The translations under genes and the position numbers were made by a program. This document shows positions 24,331 to 37,752 of a stretch of DNA of 64,000 nucleotides, in pieces. This stretch comes from Glycera tridactyla (Eukaryota): positions 45,818,001 through 45,882,000 of the forward strand of contig OZ286467.1 in NCBI GenBank assembly GCA_965644265.1, in the 5' to 3' direction. The notes beneath the pieces are model-generated. The model was not told where the DNA came from. It ran no database searches and saw nothing but the letters and a program-made list of their open reading frames with translations. How positions within the stretch are numbered: the first letter of the stretch is position 1; every line of letters begins with the position of its first letter.

Positions 24331-25939
24331 ATTCTGATGCTTCAATTGTTCACCTCTAATCATTGAATATATATTTATGTGTGGAAATACAGGTCTCCGA
24401 TGTGGACGATTGAGACAATTCTCCTATGCACCATGACGCTCTTGTTTGTGGTTCAGATACAAATTCAGAAGACTTCCCCAGTGCATATTCGCACGCATGG
24501 CCTGTGCCACACATGCGTCTGCGGCAGGTGGGTGGCTCGTACAGGTGTCAATATTTAGAATATTAGTTGGCTAAGAAGTCATCCTTGTTGATGTTTCGCA
24601 TATCATCCAGTGGATTGTTACATTCTTGATACTTTGAAACGATGCCAAGAGCGGTTCTCTTGAGTATGGAAGAGGTCAGGTCCAGGATGTACAGAACAAG
24701 CGCCGCCGCTTCCCCCATATGTGAGGGAACTCACAAAGAAGGCAATATCCTGTATTCGCAAGGGAAACCACTGGCTGCGTCCGAAAGACCGTCCTATTTG
24801 TTAAATGTGTGAGCATCGGAGGCCTGTAGTACTCAGGAAACCACATGCAACAGAGAGATTAACATCAGACAGGGTAGATATTGTCAGGATCATGATGCTT
24901 TCACAAATATATGCACGTGAAAGACATTTTGTCAAGATAGTACTTGGGATATGATCACCAGGTTCATTTTTTAAGCCTCACTGTCCTGTGGTCATCCACT
25001 GAAATTGGGATTAATTGCCGTGGTCAAAAACAGACTAGAAATCTTTGCTGATTTGCAGAATTTCCCCATGCAATCATTGATGTCAATGGGTGATGGTTCC
25101 TGGGTAAAAGATGTGAATCAGAGTTTGGGGTTTCCACTGCCATGTGTGAAAAAAGCATGACCTATCTCCCATCTCGACTCGTTTTTGCAGAATTTGCCAT
25201 TTGCCCCCCCCCCCCCCCCATTGGCAGTGTGTATATGGGTCTGATGTGTGCAGGTGTGTGCCAAGATAGGGTGGTGCAGAGTTCAAAGAAGAAAGGGATG
25301 ACAAGCTAACGCTCAATGGCTGCTACAACACTGATACCTGGCACCCATCGACCTCAAGCAAACATTCACAAGTTTAGATGGAGGGAAGTGAAGTGACACT
25401 TCTGAGCTGACTTTGAGGAATGTACTTTTGAGAAAGAAGTACTTACTGTTTATCTTATTGGAATCGTCCATGATTTGTTGTTTTGTGTGATGGGGGGGGG
25501 GGGGGGGGCTGGTTCCCATCTAAACACACAAAAAGGAAGGTGCTAGCGGTTACTGAAGTTTGCTCAGATATAAATAAGGCGACTTTACAGTTGTCCAATG
25601 GTATGGTTGTCCCGACTACAGTGACCTAACCATCAAACCCATTGCTCCCATTAAAGGCCTTTTAGCAGCGACATTCCTGCTCTATTTACCTGTTTACTCA
25701 GCGGCAGATAAACCGATTACTGGATTCCCGACTCTGTAATGATCTTTGGCCAAGTGTTTACAGGCGTTCATCCCACATGTGTGGATCGATCTCTTTGAAG
25801 GCTCCAACTCGACATTTCTAACGTTTTCCACTGTCCCGTTCAATATTTCTATTCAAAGAGGATCGATGTCCTTGCTATCTGAAGATGTTTACCACAGTTT
25901 CCGATTGCCTGGGTGACGAAATATCCTTTGTTTTTGTTA

Positions 25940-26049
25940 ACAGAAGTGACGTGGGCAACACGTCATAGACAGTCGGGACCTCTGGCGGAGGAGAATGTTG
26001 ATACGTGACGTCACGAGGTAGTTCATCGATCGAGCAGAAGATGGCGTCT
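25940..26049 (+). promoter_or_regulatory. Proximal promoter/5'UTR motif cluster of the arrestin gene (perfect CRE palindrome, ACGT cores, YY1-like site over the ATG)
   Basis: CGTGACGTCACG 12-bp palindrome at 26004-26015; GTGACGTG and CACGTCA around 25946-25967; AAGATGGCG at 26038-26046; locally CpG-rich. The TSS is not determined. Confidence 0.5.
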
Positions 26050-26164
26050 CGTGAAGTACGCAGATTTGACATCGTATTCCGCGATCCGACGGGGATCTTC
26101 AAAGCGGGAGATGTCGTCGCCGGCAACGTCCAACTCGACCTTGGAGCTGACCTTAAGATGAAGG
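26041..26164 (+). CDS. ARRDC-like: alpha-arrestin exon 1 (MASREVRRFDIVFRDPTGIFKAGDVVAGNVQLDLGADLKMK-G)
   Basis: ATG in AAGATGGCG context, GC-rich codons, donor G|GTTCGT at 26165, phase 1. The F..GD.V.G.V.L pattern is typical of the arrestin-N start. Confidence 0.9.
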
Positions 26165-29100
26165 GTTCGTAAACTCCATCACAAACACAGACCAGTGGCC
26201 CATCTTCACTGAAGTTTAGGTTCAATCAAAACTGGAGTGGGCCCTCTCGACTATCATGACTATCTCAGAAAGATCGGCGACTGAATGACACCTGTACCAG
26301 TTTTGAATGAACCTCTACTTGAGTGAAAAGGTCCCTAACAGAAGAGAAGCCAGATGGTTTGTGCGGTGTTTGTGCGGTGTGTACATCATTTATCGCTCAG
26401 TCTCTTTCTCTTCTTTCTTCTCTCTTCTTTCACTGTCGCTAGCAGTTCTGTTTATAACATCCACCCCACCCTATGTTGAGGTGTTCGAGGCCATCGTCTC
26501 CGGGCATATGAAAGCAGAATGTCACACTCAAGAGGAGGTATGTCACCAGCTTATATCCCATGTCTGAGACAGACTCTTGTATCGATGAGCATTCCAATGA
26601 CATTTCAGGGCGAGATTAGAATGCTTCTAACCTGCCCAGGCGAATACATCTTCCATCCACTAACTTGGTGAATAGCTGGAGACAGAACTCGAACTCACAA
26701 AGGAAAATATTGAGGCAGATATGATTGAAGTGGGACCACTGTATTTCTAATTCAGCCCTTTGACATGATTATCTGATTTGGCACCGTGGTTTACACGGAT
26801 CCATGTCCCAAGCATCAGTGCAGTAAATCAATGAAATCTACATTAAAGTGGTCATGCCTCATATATATCTCTGATTCAGATACAATTAACGATGATATGC
26901 TGGCTTCAAATGACTGGTTGACTGTCTAGGTTCCATACGTACAGGTATACATAGCGGTAGTTGGTCGCTATTTCTAATTGCTCGTACAAACAAATTACAT
27001 CACCTACTGCAACATTCAATATGGGTGCACAGAGAATGGGGAAAGCAGATAAGTAATTACATATGTATTCTAGAAGACACATGGTTCAGCGACATTGGCC
27101 GTTAGACAGCGTAGTATGTTGATCCAATTGGAAGGTTGTACCCCTCCCACTCTGCGGTTGATCGGTTGGTTGTTGCGTTTTGTTGCTCCTTCTATCTGTC
27201 CTTTCCTAACTCGGACATTGTTCTCACTTGTTGGAGTGGTTATCGTTCATTGTAGTCTGTTGTTGGTTTAGAACATATTTCTCTCATTTCTCATCATCAT
27301 CATCAACAGTTATGTGGGTTGATCCGTCATGGGTGATCAGAACATTTCCTTCATGTTCATTGTTCTTCACTAAATGGTACGGGGTTTCAAAAATGTCTAA
27401 TTCATTTTGGCTCGAATGCCATCATTTTGCCCCATCTTTGGAATACGTGCAGGATTACTACTCTAAATGGAGCCGAAAGTGAACATGCAAAGCAATGTAT
27501 ACACAAGAGACGTCTTGTTGAGAATCTCTTAGGTCATGTTGAAGGCTTCTGTGGAAAGCCTATGTGGCACTCGACATTCCAGACAGGTAAACAATTAGCC
27601 TATATGCAACATTCAGTCAATTTCATGACTTTTAGCAGTAGTCCACAACAAAATTCATGTCATCAAATGCAGAATTCGCATGTTATAGAGTTTGGAGACA
27701 TCCAACTGACAATTCAACATCATTTCAATGGCCATCCAGGTACTTGGCATATCATATTACGAAGATTTTAATTCAAGTTGTCCTATAAGGATAGCCACAA
27801 TTTGGCCATATAACATGTCCGTATCTACCCACACTTTTTGTTTTCAAATCTCAGAGGAAAAAGCTCGGGTTCTTATATTATGGATCTGCCCTGCATGGGA
27901 ATGTTTCCATAATGTTTGTCATAATAGCCAGCCAATCGTCCCTGGCTCCATCTTTAGTTCGGTCAACCTTAGTCCTTCTCGTTTTGTCTGAAGATGGGGA
28001 TCCAATAGTCATGGATTCTTCATTCAAAAGGCATGTAAAGATCGGTGTGAGATGGGAAGGCTGGCATATTGGGAGAAAGCAGATGCTGGGGGCGAAATAG
28101 GAGACTTGGATTAGTGGTGGACCTGGTGCTAATAGAAGATCACTTGACCCAGACTAGGTACCGAAGATATTTTCAATAGGATCAATGGCCTTCACAGTCT
28201 TCACTGGACCAGTACAAACAATTCATCCTCAAGCTATCCTAACTTGTCAGCGAGGTCACATTTTACAGAATTGTAGAGTCTTGCGACCATTATCATTTGA
28301 GATCAGGCCAGTGAAGCCAGATTATGGATGACACGTTGTCTGTCTCTGTTCGCCATACCTATCATGGCATTCGCTTCAAAACAACAGAGGGAATTGCTAT
28401 CCCGGGAAAGAGTATCAGAGAGAGAAGGTTCACGTGATAAGAGCAGATTTGGATGGGCTGGGTCTCTGTTACATTCACCACTGGTACAATTGCTAGTATG
28501 TATCAAACAATTCCTGAGACCTTGAACCTTGCTCTATGACCGGCCAATTTGTCTCACCTACCCACATCAAGATTTGCAAAAGAGGCAATTGGTAATTGAT
28601 CACCAATTTGATGGTTCCTTATCTGTATGCCAATACACTGAGCAAGGTGTGTCAAAATGAGTGCACATTGGACTTCATCAGACATAACGTGATGTGACTG
28701 ATTGCATACTGGATTGAAAAGTAGAAGATTCCATCCTGTGCAAAGAACACGCGACACATATTTCTGAACACCTATTCTCATGTTGAACAATACATTTTGA
28801 ATTGTGCACAGGTTATCCACCTGGTAAGGTAAGCGTATACAGATACAGTAGATGAAGATTCTTGCTGATTCTCAGTTACTGCCGAGACAGCTCAGTTCTT
28901 TTGCCATATTAGACTCGTCATAAGTCTAGGATTTGATTTTTTAAGCATGCTCTCATGCAGCATGTTGCATATATATCTCACCTATTATACTATAAATATA
29001 TACATCTATGTGCACAAATATATATTTTGTACATGAAACATCATATACTCTTGTCTTGCATGCATTTACTACCCCCCTATTGCATTCCTCGCATTACTAT

Positions 29101-32100
29101 TATTAATATACACATTTGAGGATATCCATGAAGCTATAACAAAATGTAATCATAACAAACACACGCTGCTACTGTTGATAATAGTTTTCATCATATACGT
29201 ATAAAATATGTGATAATAACAATGGCAATACTAATGCTAATCATAATGCCCAGGATGACCTTGAAGAACTCTCAATTACGGAGCAGCTGTCAGAAACAGA
29301 TGCTGCAGCTGCAAAAAAACAATAAAAACTACATCTACACTCGACTTACGAAATAATTGAGTAATGACAATAACTGATAACGATAGCAATAAGAATAATG
29401 AAGATTATGGATAGGATGACATTGACGTTGATGATGACAAGATGATGACAATGATGACAGAAAAGTTACAGAAATGTTACAGAAAGGTAATTGCATTATG
29501 GGGTTCCATCATTTGGAGAGGTCAGTTTTTGAAAGCACCAAAAGAGCCAGCAAATTTAATTGTGAAGGCCTCATCTGAGCGAAGATATCAGTTTGTGAAA
29601 GCACCAGCAGAGCAAAGAATGTAGTTCATCAAAGCACCACCAGAGCAAGGTTCAAGGCCACACACTTTCTATTCTCTTGCTCTGCAAGAGAGACACTACA
29701 GTCTGGTCATCATGCAGATACTTTTGGAAGTAATGTCAAGGAAGCATGGCCTAAGCATTGTAAGTGAATCAGTCGCTCATTGTCCTATATATCAGTCCTT
29801 GTCCATCAAATATGAAACGTCCACAAGGCACACAAGCGTCGTCCTTTGCTTGTCGAGTGTCCCCTTCTTGTTGATTTCTCCAGCTTGTGGACACTGTTAC
29901 GTCACACACGCACGTGGAGTCGGGCTTGTTGTTCTTATTGCATGTGTCCTGCAGATGTCTCTGGTGACCTTGTATCATTGGCGCGCGTGAGAGCGCGCGA
30001 GGCGCGCCTACACCCGCGTGTGTTTGTGATTGGGATTACTCACCCTCAGTGTTTAAGAGTCTACAAAACTCCGAAAAATAGGTAAATGAACCAAACAACC
30101 AAGCATCTAGATCAGTCAGAAATGGTAAGTCAATGTTTGAACAGGATTTGTAAATAATGATACAAAGATAATTGTGCATGCAAAAGACAGAAATAAAGAG
30201 GTGATGCCAAAGCAGAATCCAAGAACATATATGTGATTATAGATGGTGATTTTGTTAATAAAATGGTGACAAGCAGAGAGCAATTGGTGATGAAATTAAC
30301 AGGAATACCCATCTCACGATCAAAATCAATGACATTTTCAACTACCAAAAGCCCCCTCTTTCAACAGCAAAGATGTATGTCTCACAGACTAAGCATTCTC
30401 GTGACGTAATAGCTATAAATCACTGCAAGCACTTATGGTCACCCCTTCCAATTGAATGACACCTTGAACTAATGGTCGAATAATTCTCACTTTTGAATGA
30501 ACCAGAGTGTTTGGCTCAGTCTTGAGTTCAATAAAACAGCGCTTGTGCAAATTCCAAATTGATTGCCAGATTCATCTAAATAGGTGCGCCTAGGCCTTTG
30601 GATTCTAGAGATTTTTTCATGAAGAGGTGATTCCATAGCAGGTTCTCTATGGTTTCTGAAGCTCCCGCTTTGGAATTCAGTGCTAGGCACAAATTGGATA
30701 ATCATCGAAAAGATTGCTCCATCTATTTAGCGAATCTGGCCTATATCCAAAATGCCGTTTTTCTTTCACCTGTGAAAAATATCTAATACACCATTTGGCC
30801 CTCGATGATACTCCCTCAAATGTATTAAGTCACCTATAGAGCATCATATGATGATTGTATGCATTGATTCCTATCCAATGACTGCATATCGAAATCCCTG
30901 CACAGCTTAGCTACTTCAATTATAATCTTAGCCCATGCCAGATTAGGTAGTATAATTCCTTCATCTGATACTTCCGCTTCTGAAAAAAATCATAGCGCCT
31001 AGGGATATGGTGGTGTGAAAGTTGTAATGCCTGGTCACTTGCCAAGACTTGGATTGAACAACATGATAAGAATTATGAATATTCAACATGGGTTCCGGTC
31101 AGATAGAACCACTATTATCAACCAGGAACGCCAGGCTGACCTTTGTATGAACTGCAGATAAGTTGACATAATAAGTCAATATATAGTTCGGAAACGTTTA
31201 GCAATAATAATGATTCAGAAATGATACAGCATGGCTCTCTCCCTTCATGTCCTGTTTCCAGGTGTCCAAGCCACAGCTGTTGAGGTCCATCGTTGTAGTG
31301 AACGATTTTCGACGATCTCAAGGATAGAAGCACTGTTGCTCGTGTTCAAGTTCATTCTGAAACAGACTGGTCTATGAAATCAAGGCAGACACCAATATTG
31401 CGTGCAAATTGTTATATCAGACCTGCCAAATCCATCAAGGAATTTTGATGAAAGCCCGGGTGGGGTCCCAGGTGGGGTATCGTCATTTCACATCATATTC
31501 ACATTTTGTTGCTGTATGGAATAATAAACATCCTCTTTATGTTGGCCTCGTGTTGACCTCCCCATGTTAACTGCTAATTAAGTCAACCCAATCTGATATT
31601 GGTTTCCATAATTACCCTGTCTTCAAAATTCTTCATCACCTGTGTTTGAAGTTGTTCCATTTCAAGGTCACACCAGACGCTTGCCAGAATTCAACAAATC
31701 ATATTTTGCAGAAAGGTCTGCGATTCGGTAAGCGACTGGCTTCATCTTCTGAAATGGACATCATGTTGCTTTGTATTTTTTATGTTACCAAACTTTTTGC
31801 AGAACTACACCGCGTTTTGATGCTCCTACATCCCCAGCATGGCCATCACTACCTGCTTTGGTCGCCATCCATACATTCTCACGTATACCTACTCCCTTAA
31901 TTCAACTATTGCATAATTCATTTGGTTGCTATATGAAAGCAGGAATCAGGTGGGTCAAGGTAGATGAGCCTTTTCCAATACTTCGGTGCAAACATGTACC
32001 CAAGCTACATCAGCTGTAGGGAGCACATGTACAATGGTGCATATTTCTCATCTCATTGGAACAGCATAGTTATCACGTGAATAGAGTGAGTGACAAGTCA

Positions 32101-35100
32101 ATAAATTATTCTCTGATGAATTTTGTCGTTATCCAATTTGATGGGTCTATTTTCCACTCAAGAATCTGGGCCAGTACTACTACGTCAAACACAGACTCAG
32201 ACTCCGTAGCCATCTTTGTATAGCAGAGGCTATAGTTGTGTTCACATAAATGTACAGCTGATCAAATGTAATATAAGCAGCTTCGCCATGTGAATGAATA
32301 CATATCAAGCCAGCTCCCTCTTCGGGAGGACACTTGGCAGAACTCAAGTGAAAAATGCATCAGGTAAATATGGTTATATAATTCATGCATTAGTGAATAA
32401 GTTGCATTTTTTTGTATTCCTATTCTATGGAAATATAGCACCTTCCAATGCATCAAGGAAGAACTATCTTCTCATTGATTGCTGTATAGTGAAGTCATGT
32501 TTTCCTGTGTCTTATAATGGACATGAACATTTCTTACAGCCTTTTTTCTCAAGAATAGAGCCTACATTTTTGAAACTCTGACAGTAAATAATGCAATAGG
32601 CACCACTGCTTCTCGCAAAATATCTGACCTTGCACAATTTATTTTGATATGAATGTGGCACCCCCAATCCGCCCCAAACAAACCCAATTTGTCAACAAGG
32701 TCGTCGGGATGCTAACCAGTATATCTTACCCAAATGATTAGGTGACTTTGCCATCTGGCATCCTTGTCAATCACCATTCTTCAGTGAACGGCACTCATGA
32801 CCTCCCATAGTTCGCAATACCCCCGTTAGAGGCACCACTTCGCGTGGTTGTGGATGTTTTGTGGCCTAGCTATAGTTTTTTCATTCCTGTGTGTTTAATG
32901 TTTTTCGACTGATGGTGTACAATTGCAGGCGTAAAGTTCTTCTTGCAAGGCATTTCTCGCGTGAATTGGGACGAGAAGCGCGCTTACACTAAAGGAGCCT
33001 CGGGCAACGTCTCGCACAAAAACGTCGACGTCTACCTGGACGAACCTTTATTCCTCCTCAGTAGAGGTAAGACCTATCTATCTATCTATCTATCTATCTA
33101 ATTATCTATCTATCTATCTATCTATCTTTCTGTGTGTCTGTCTGTGTGGCTGTCTGTGTGTCTGTGTGTCTGTCTGTCTGTGTGGCTGTCTGTCTGACTG
33201 TCTCNNNNNNNNNNNNNNNNNNNNNNNNNNNNNNNNNNNNNNNNNNNNNNNNNNNNNNNNNNNNNNNNNNNNNNNNNNNNNNNNNNNNNNNNNNNNNNNN
33301 NNNNNNNNNNNNNNNNNNNNNNNNNNNNNNNNNNNNNNNNNNNNNNNNNCTACACATCCAACCCTCCATCCATCCATCCATCCATCCATCCTTTCATCTA
33401 TAAATCTATCTATCTTCTCATCTATCCACCTTTCCATCTACCCGTCCGGCCGTCTGTTTATTTCCTTCTTCTTCAAATTGCAAATTTATGTTATTTGCGT
33501 TATCCGTGTCGGGGTGGTGGTGCTATTGGTAGTAGTTTTATGATGTTAGGGGCATTGATAGAATTCACCTGGTCATCGTGATTCTGATTCATGTCTTGCC
33601 TTCACTTGGGTATTTCTAATCCTGTTCAGTACCTGGGCATTTCTGTGTGGATATAACTACGATCCCGACGTATTGAAACTAAGGTCTCTGACAGCCCGGT
33701 GTCCTCGAATGTGAACAGGTGTGGGAAATACCTCTGTATCACGTGGTTGATTAGTCGCGGCATTTGAGAATATGTCCGCCGAGATGGTTCACTGGCTGTC
33801 AGCCAGATCAGATGCGTATTCTCACCCTGCCATCACTGTTAGTGACGGATGTATTATGCTGTGCTTTAGCTCACTATGATAACATACATATCACGCCTAC
33901 GCTCCTCATGTTCATCATTTACGATTATAATGCACATGTTTATGTGTTCGTGTGTGTTTGTGGGTGCGCGCGCGCGCGTGTGTGTGAGTGCCTTCGTGTG
34001 CGTGTTTTGTGTATGTGTGTATGTGTGTATGTTTAGCTCAGTCTGACATCGCAAGCAGTTGCTAGGGCTGCATTGGGCTCATTGAAGTCATGCAGACCCC
34101 TATAGCGACGAACACATCTTCTCTCGGTAGGTACAAGTATGTCATATGTACGCTGCGCTCAATATAGCCTGACATGGACCAAGGGAAGACAAGCAGAGCA
34201 AGGGGCTTATTGTCCCAAGCTGGGCAAGTCATTCATAGTCTCAGGGCAAGCTATATTGAGCAGATAACTCATCACAAGGTCCTATATCAAACATGTGGCT
34301 ACACATTGGGTTTGTCCTCTGAGCTTCTCTCGACAACCTTCGCCCAGCGCGTCCTCTGTAGAAACATTTTGATTTAACCCTTGGAAAGGGGTACGGAATG
34401 GTAGATGAGGTGGGGGTAAAGAGAGGGTTAAAGACGATGAAGAATGAGGATTCTGAAAAAAGTCAGCTGAGACTGAAGGATCGGCTTTGCAAGTGGCCTG
34501 TTGAAGTACACAACTGTTTGGTCTGACAGTTATAGATGTGTCTAGTTAGCCCGCCATCGCAGCCACTCCATTCCCCCACTAGCCCCCCCCCCCCCCCCCA
34601 CGCCATCTAATTACCCCTCTAGCTGAATATCGCCGCGACACTTCTTGGCATCTTGCTGCCTGCCTCGTATTTATTTACGATGGTTCCATAATATAGGTAG
34701 TTGATATAAATCTTGTCAACAACTACACACACATGGCAGTATTGATGAAATCAGCAATGAAATGAATCTGACTCTTGTCTCATGATCCTACCAGGGTTTG
34801 ATAAGACATAATGCATCACTCGATGAATCAATGTATCTTACTTATTCATCTCAGGGATGATCTGATACAGATAAGTCACTTTTGACTCTAACTGAGTGAC
34901 GCCCGTCGCACCCTGCTCTGAAATGTACCAACGAATTCATCCAAGATCCAAGAGACTGTCAGGAAACAAAAATACAGAGCAATATCCGAAGACGCTGTCA
35001 GCCATTCCGCTTGCCCAGTATGGGATTATTTTTAGTTTGTTCAATTGGCATGGTGAAATTGACAATAATGCATGTCACCATAGCGAATTTATGCAAATAC

Positions 35101-37716
35101 CTGCCATGCTCAGCTTCAGGAATCTTCACTCATTTTTAGTGGAGGATGAATATGCTACAAACTTCAACTAAAGCTACACACTTATCATCTATTGCATGGT
35201 GAATTCGAAATTCTGAAGAACTGCCTTTGTTGTATTCTGATATGCATCCATCTATGCACCAACCATGGTCTATATTCTGTTATTGCCTATCTAATCTAGA
35301 GCGTGCACATCGGAACTGTTTCCTCTTGAGTATCTCTGCTTTAGCGGGTTTATGAGTGGCTGCTGCCATTGTTCACAGAACTGTCATTGGCTGGAATGAT
35401 GCCAGACATGCTGCCATCCTCAAACAAGAGCGCCAATGCGCATATTGGAGAACATGCTCATTTGGCACCTGCATTTCCACACACATATATTCATTGTTCA
35501 AACACCTGCATTTCATATATTCATGAAGCTGTGTCCACCTCTAAATTGACACACTCTCTCATTGGACAAGTATTTTCATAACACCATGCCCAAGACAACT
35601 ACTCTCCAAGATCACTTGGAGGCGGGGCATAACGATAGTAGTTTTTGTATGTATACATTCACAGAGAGCACCTATTCCACTCAGTCAAAGTATGCCCCCA
35701 CACCAAATACATGAAGACAGGGTAGAATTAATCATATTTCACTTGGTGATCCTGCCTGCCATGTGAACTCACCGGGCCCTCTCCATGCAAATATGAGGAG
35801 ACTATTTGAGAAAAAACTGTATTGTTTGGTATTTAGCACCAAAATGAGATGATGAGTGGATGAAATTGCTTTGATTAACAATCCGCTCGATTTGCATAGT
35901 TGGTGAAATTGTTTTGACACTTCAGGCTAGATACATCTCCCTCAAAGTGTGGCAAATTCGCGAAGGACTGATTTAACGATGGTGGCAAGCAATATTCAAT
36001 GCTCACACTAAATATATACACAGCTCTCCATTTCAATAATGAAATACCTTTTCTAGCGTCAAATAGCTTCATTAGACTTGATAATATCCATTTTGAGGAG
36101 ATGTTTCGACCGACACATAACCCTCTCATCAAAAATACAGAATACAAATATGACGATATTCATTCAATAGCATGATAACTTAAATACAATACAAATGTCT
36201 TACACATGCCTGGTTCTCAATATCACGGTAATATGGGGGTGATCAATTTAGATTTAGATTTCCGCTCTCATATTACCCAACATCTAACAATTAGACTGTA
36301 TACATCGAGCACTCTGTGTTTGTTTCACTTGGCGAACTCATCTTGACCATACAAATACTCACTGATACCCATACAATATGATGACTTGATTGAATGACTG
36401 CACTACCTACATATATCCTTATATTCTCTGTGAATTCAGCAAACGTTCTCTGCTCTTTTGCCACCATGGATAAAGAATTGTGCACGCGAACTGCTCTCAC
36501 ACTCAGTCTTTGATCAGCTGTGAAGATTGCAGATCTTGGATCACCAAGATTCTGGTGATGGGGCCCTCGCTTGTAGCAATTATACTTACATCATATGATA
36601 AAGAGACCAAGTATAATAACCATTCACATTATTTCTAGAAATATTTCATTCATTCAAAGATGATCGACTTTTCTATATTTCTAATCATGCCATGTATAAA
36701 GTTCGGTAAAACTTCACTAGCCACAAAAGATACGACAACATCTTTCCGCACTTATCAATGACATGGAATTACAAGTGGCCTTAGCAATAGAACTGAAACA
36801 TCAGAGGTAGATGTTGTTTATCACTGGAATCACAGAATAAGGCTCAGATGATGGCAGCGAAAAATAGGAGGCCTGTGGCCACCCCCTCCCACCTAAAAAC
36901 ACAAAAACAAACAAATAAAAATAATAATTAATGTACAACCAAGGTGGCGCAACCTTCAGACATTCAACTAAGATAATGTTTGTCATACACTACAGCGTGG
37001 ATAGTGTGGCTGGTCTTGAAAAAAGTGACATTTTCCAGTTGAAAACTGAAGCTATTTAAGCTGAGTGGCTCATTTCAGGAGGCGATATATTTGATGATTC
37101 ATACTAATTATTGTCTAACTCAAAGGTTAGATCAGGGTAGATGAACAACCAGATGTTTGTGTTCGACTATGCGATATGTCATGGTGGGTGTTGCAAGGAC
37201 CACGGCGGCGGCTGCGTGTTTATCAAGATATCTCAGTAAAGACCAGGACTTCAGGAGTCGGACAGGCAGCGTGGGCCTGCATGATGGATGAGGGGTACAA
37301 ATACATTGGCCTCACATTACTTTGACATTAACGTCAATATTTACGAAACGAATATCTGATTGAAAAAGAAACAAATATCTAAGTTAAAAACAGCCCATAA
37401 TTTGCATGACGAGTGATGACTCATCTAAAGAAGTATCGGAACATCTTGCCCTTGGCATAACGTTTGAATCAGTCATATTCCTTGAGAATGTGGAGTGTGG
37501 ACTATAATGAGTGGTGGGTGCACATGTTGAATGCTTAGAGATACCCTGCGACACACATATGTGGTCATCTTACAGGGGCGGTCCGACATCCAATTTTTGT
37601 CCACACCAATATGCATCAACCATTCTCCGAAATTCCATAATTTGGTCGAAAAAATTACAGGCTTGGGGATTATTGTATCCGTCCGTCCGTCCGCCCCCTC
37701 TCCCTCTCCCTCTCTG

Positions 37717-37752
<36 letters not shown>

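Larger units (their letters stand above)
4189..33349. other. Ten short N-gaps (approx. 4189-4361, 7059-7225, 11300-11447, 14320-14783, 16421-16562, 18161-18288, 18825-18981, 19224-19351, 22054-22198, 33205-33349)
   Basis: Runs of n, several abutting microsatellites. They are long enough to hide exons. Confidence 0.97.

Noticed and set aside
22940-24350. CAATTGT on both sides of the LINE as a TSD
   Set aside because: It is not adjacent to the 3' tail and is only 7 bp, so it is likely coincidental.
25565-25575. TATAAATA as the arrestin TATA box
   Set aside because: It is about 470 bp from the ATG with no TSS evidence, and AT-rich 8-mers are common here.
27300-28850. Coding-like texture in intron 1 (CLECRVPHRL..FTFGS on minus)
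   Set aside because: Probably a decayed transposon, but I cannot name the family or its boundaries.
34215-34240. CORE-SINE-like box CTGGGCAAGTCATTCA
   Set aside because: Too short, with no flanking tRNA head or tail to support it.
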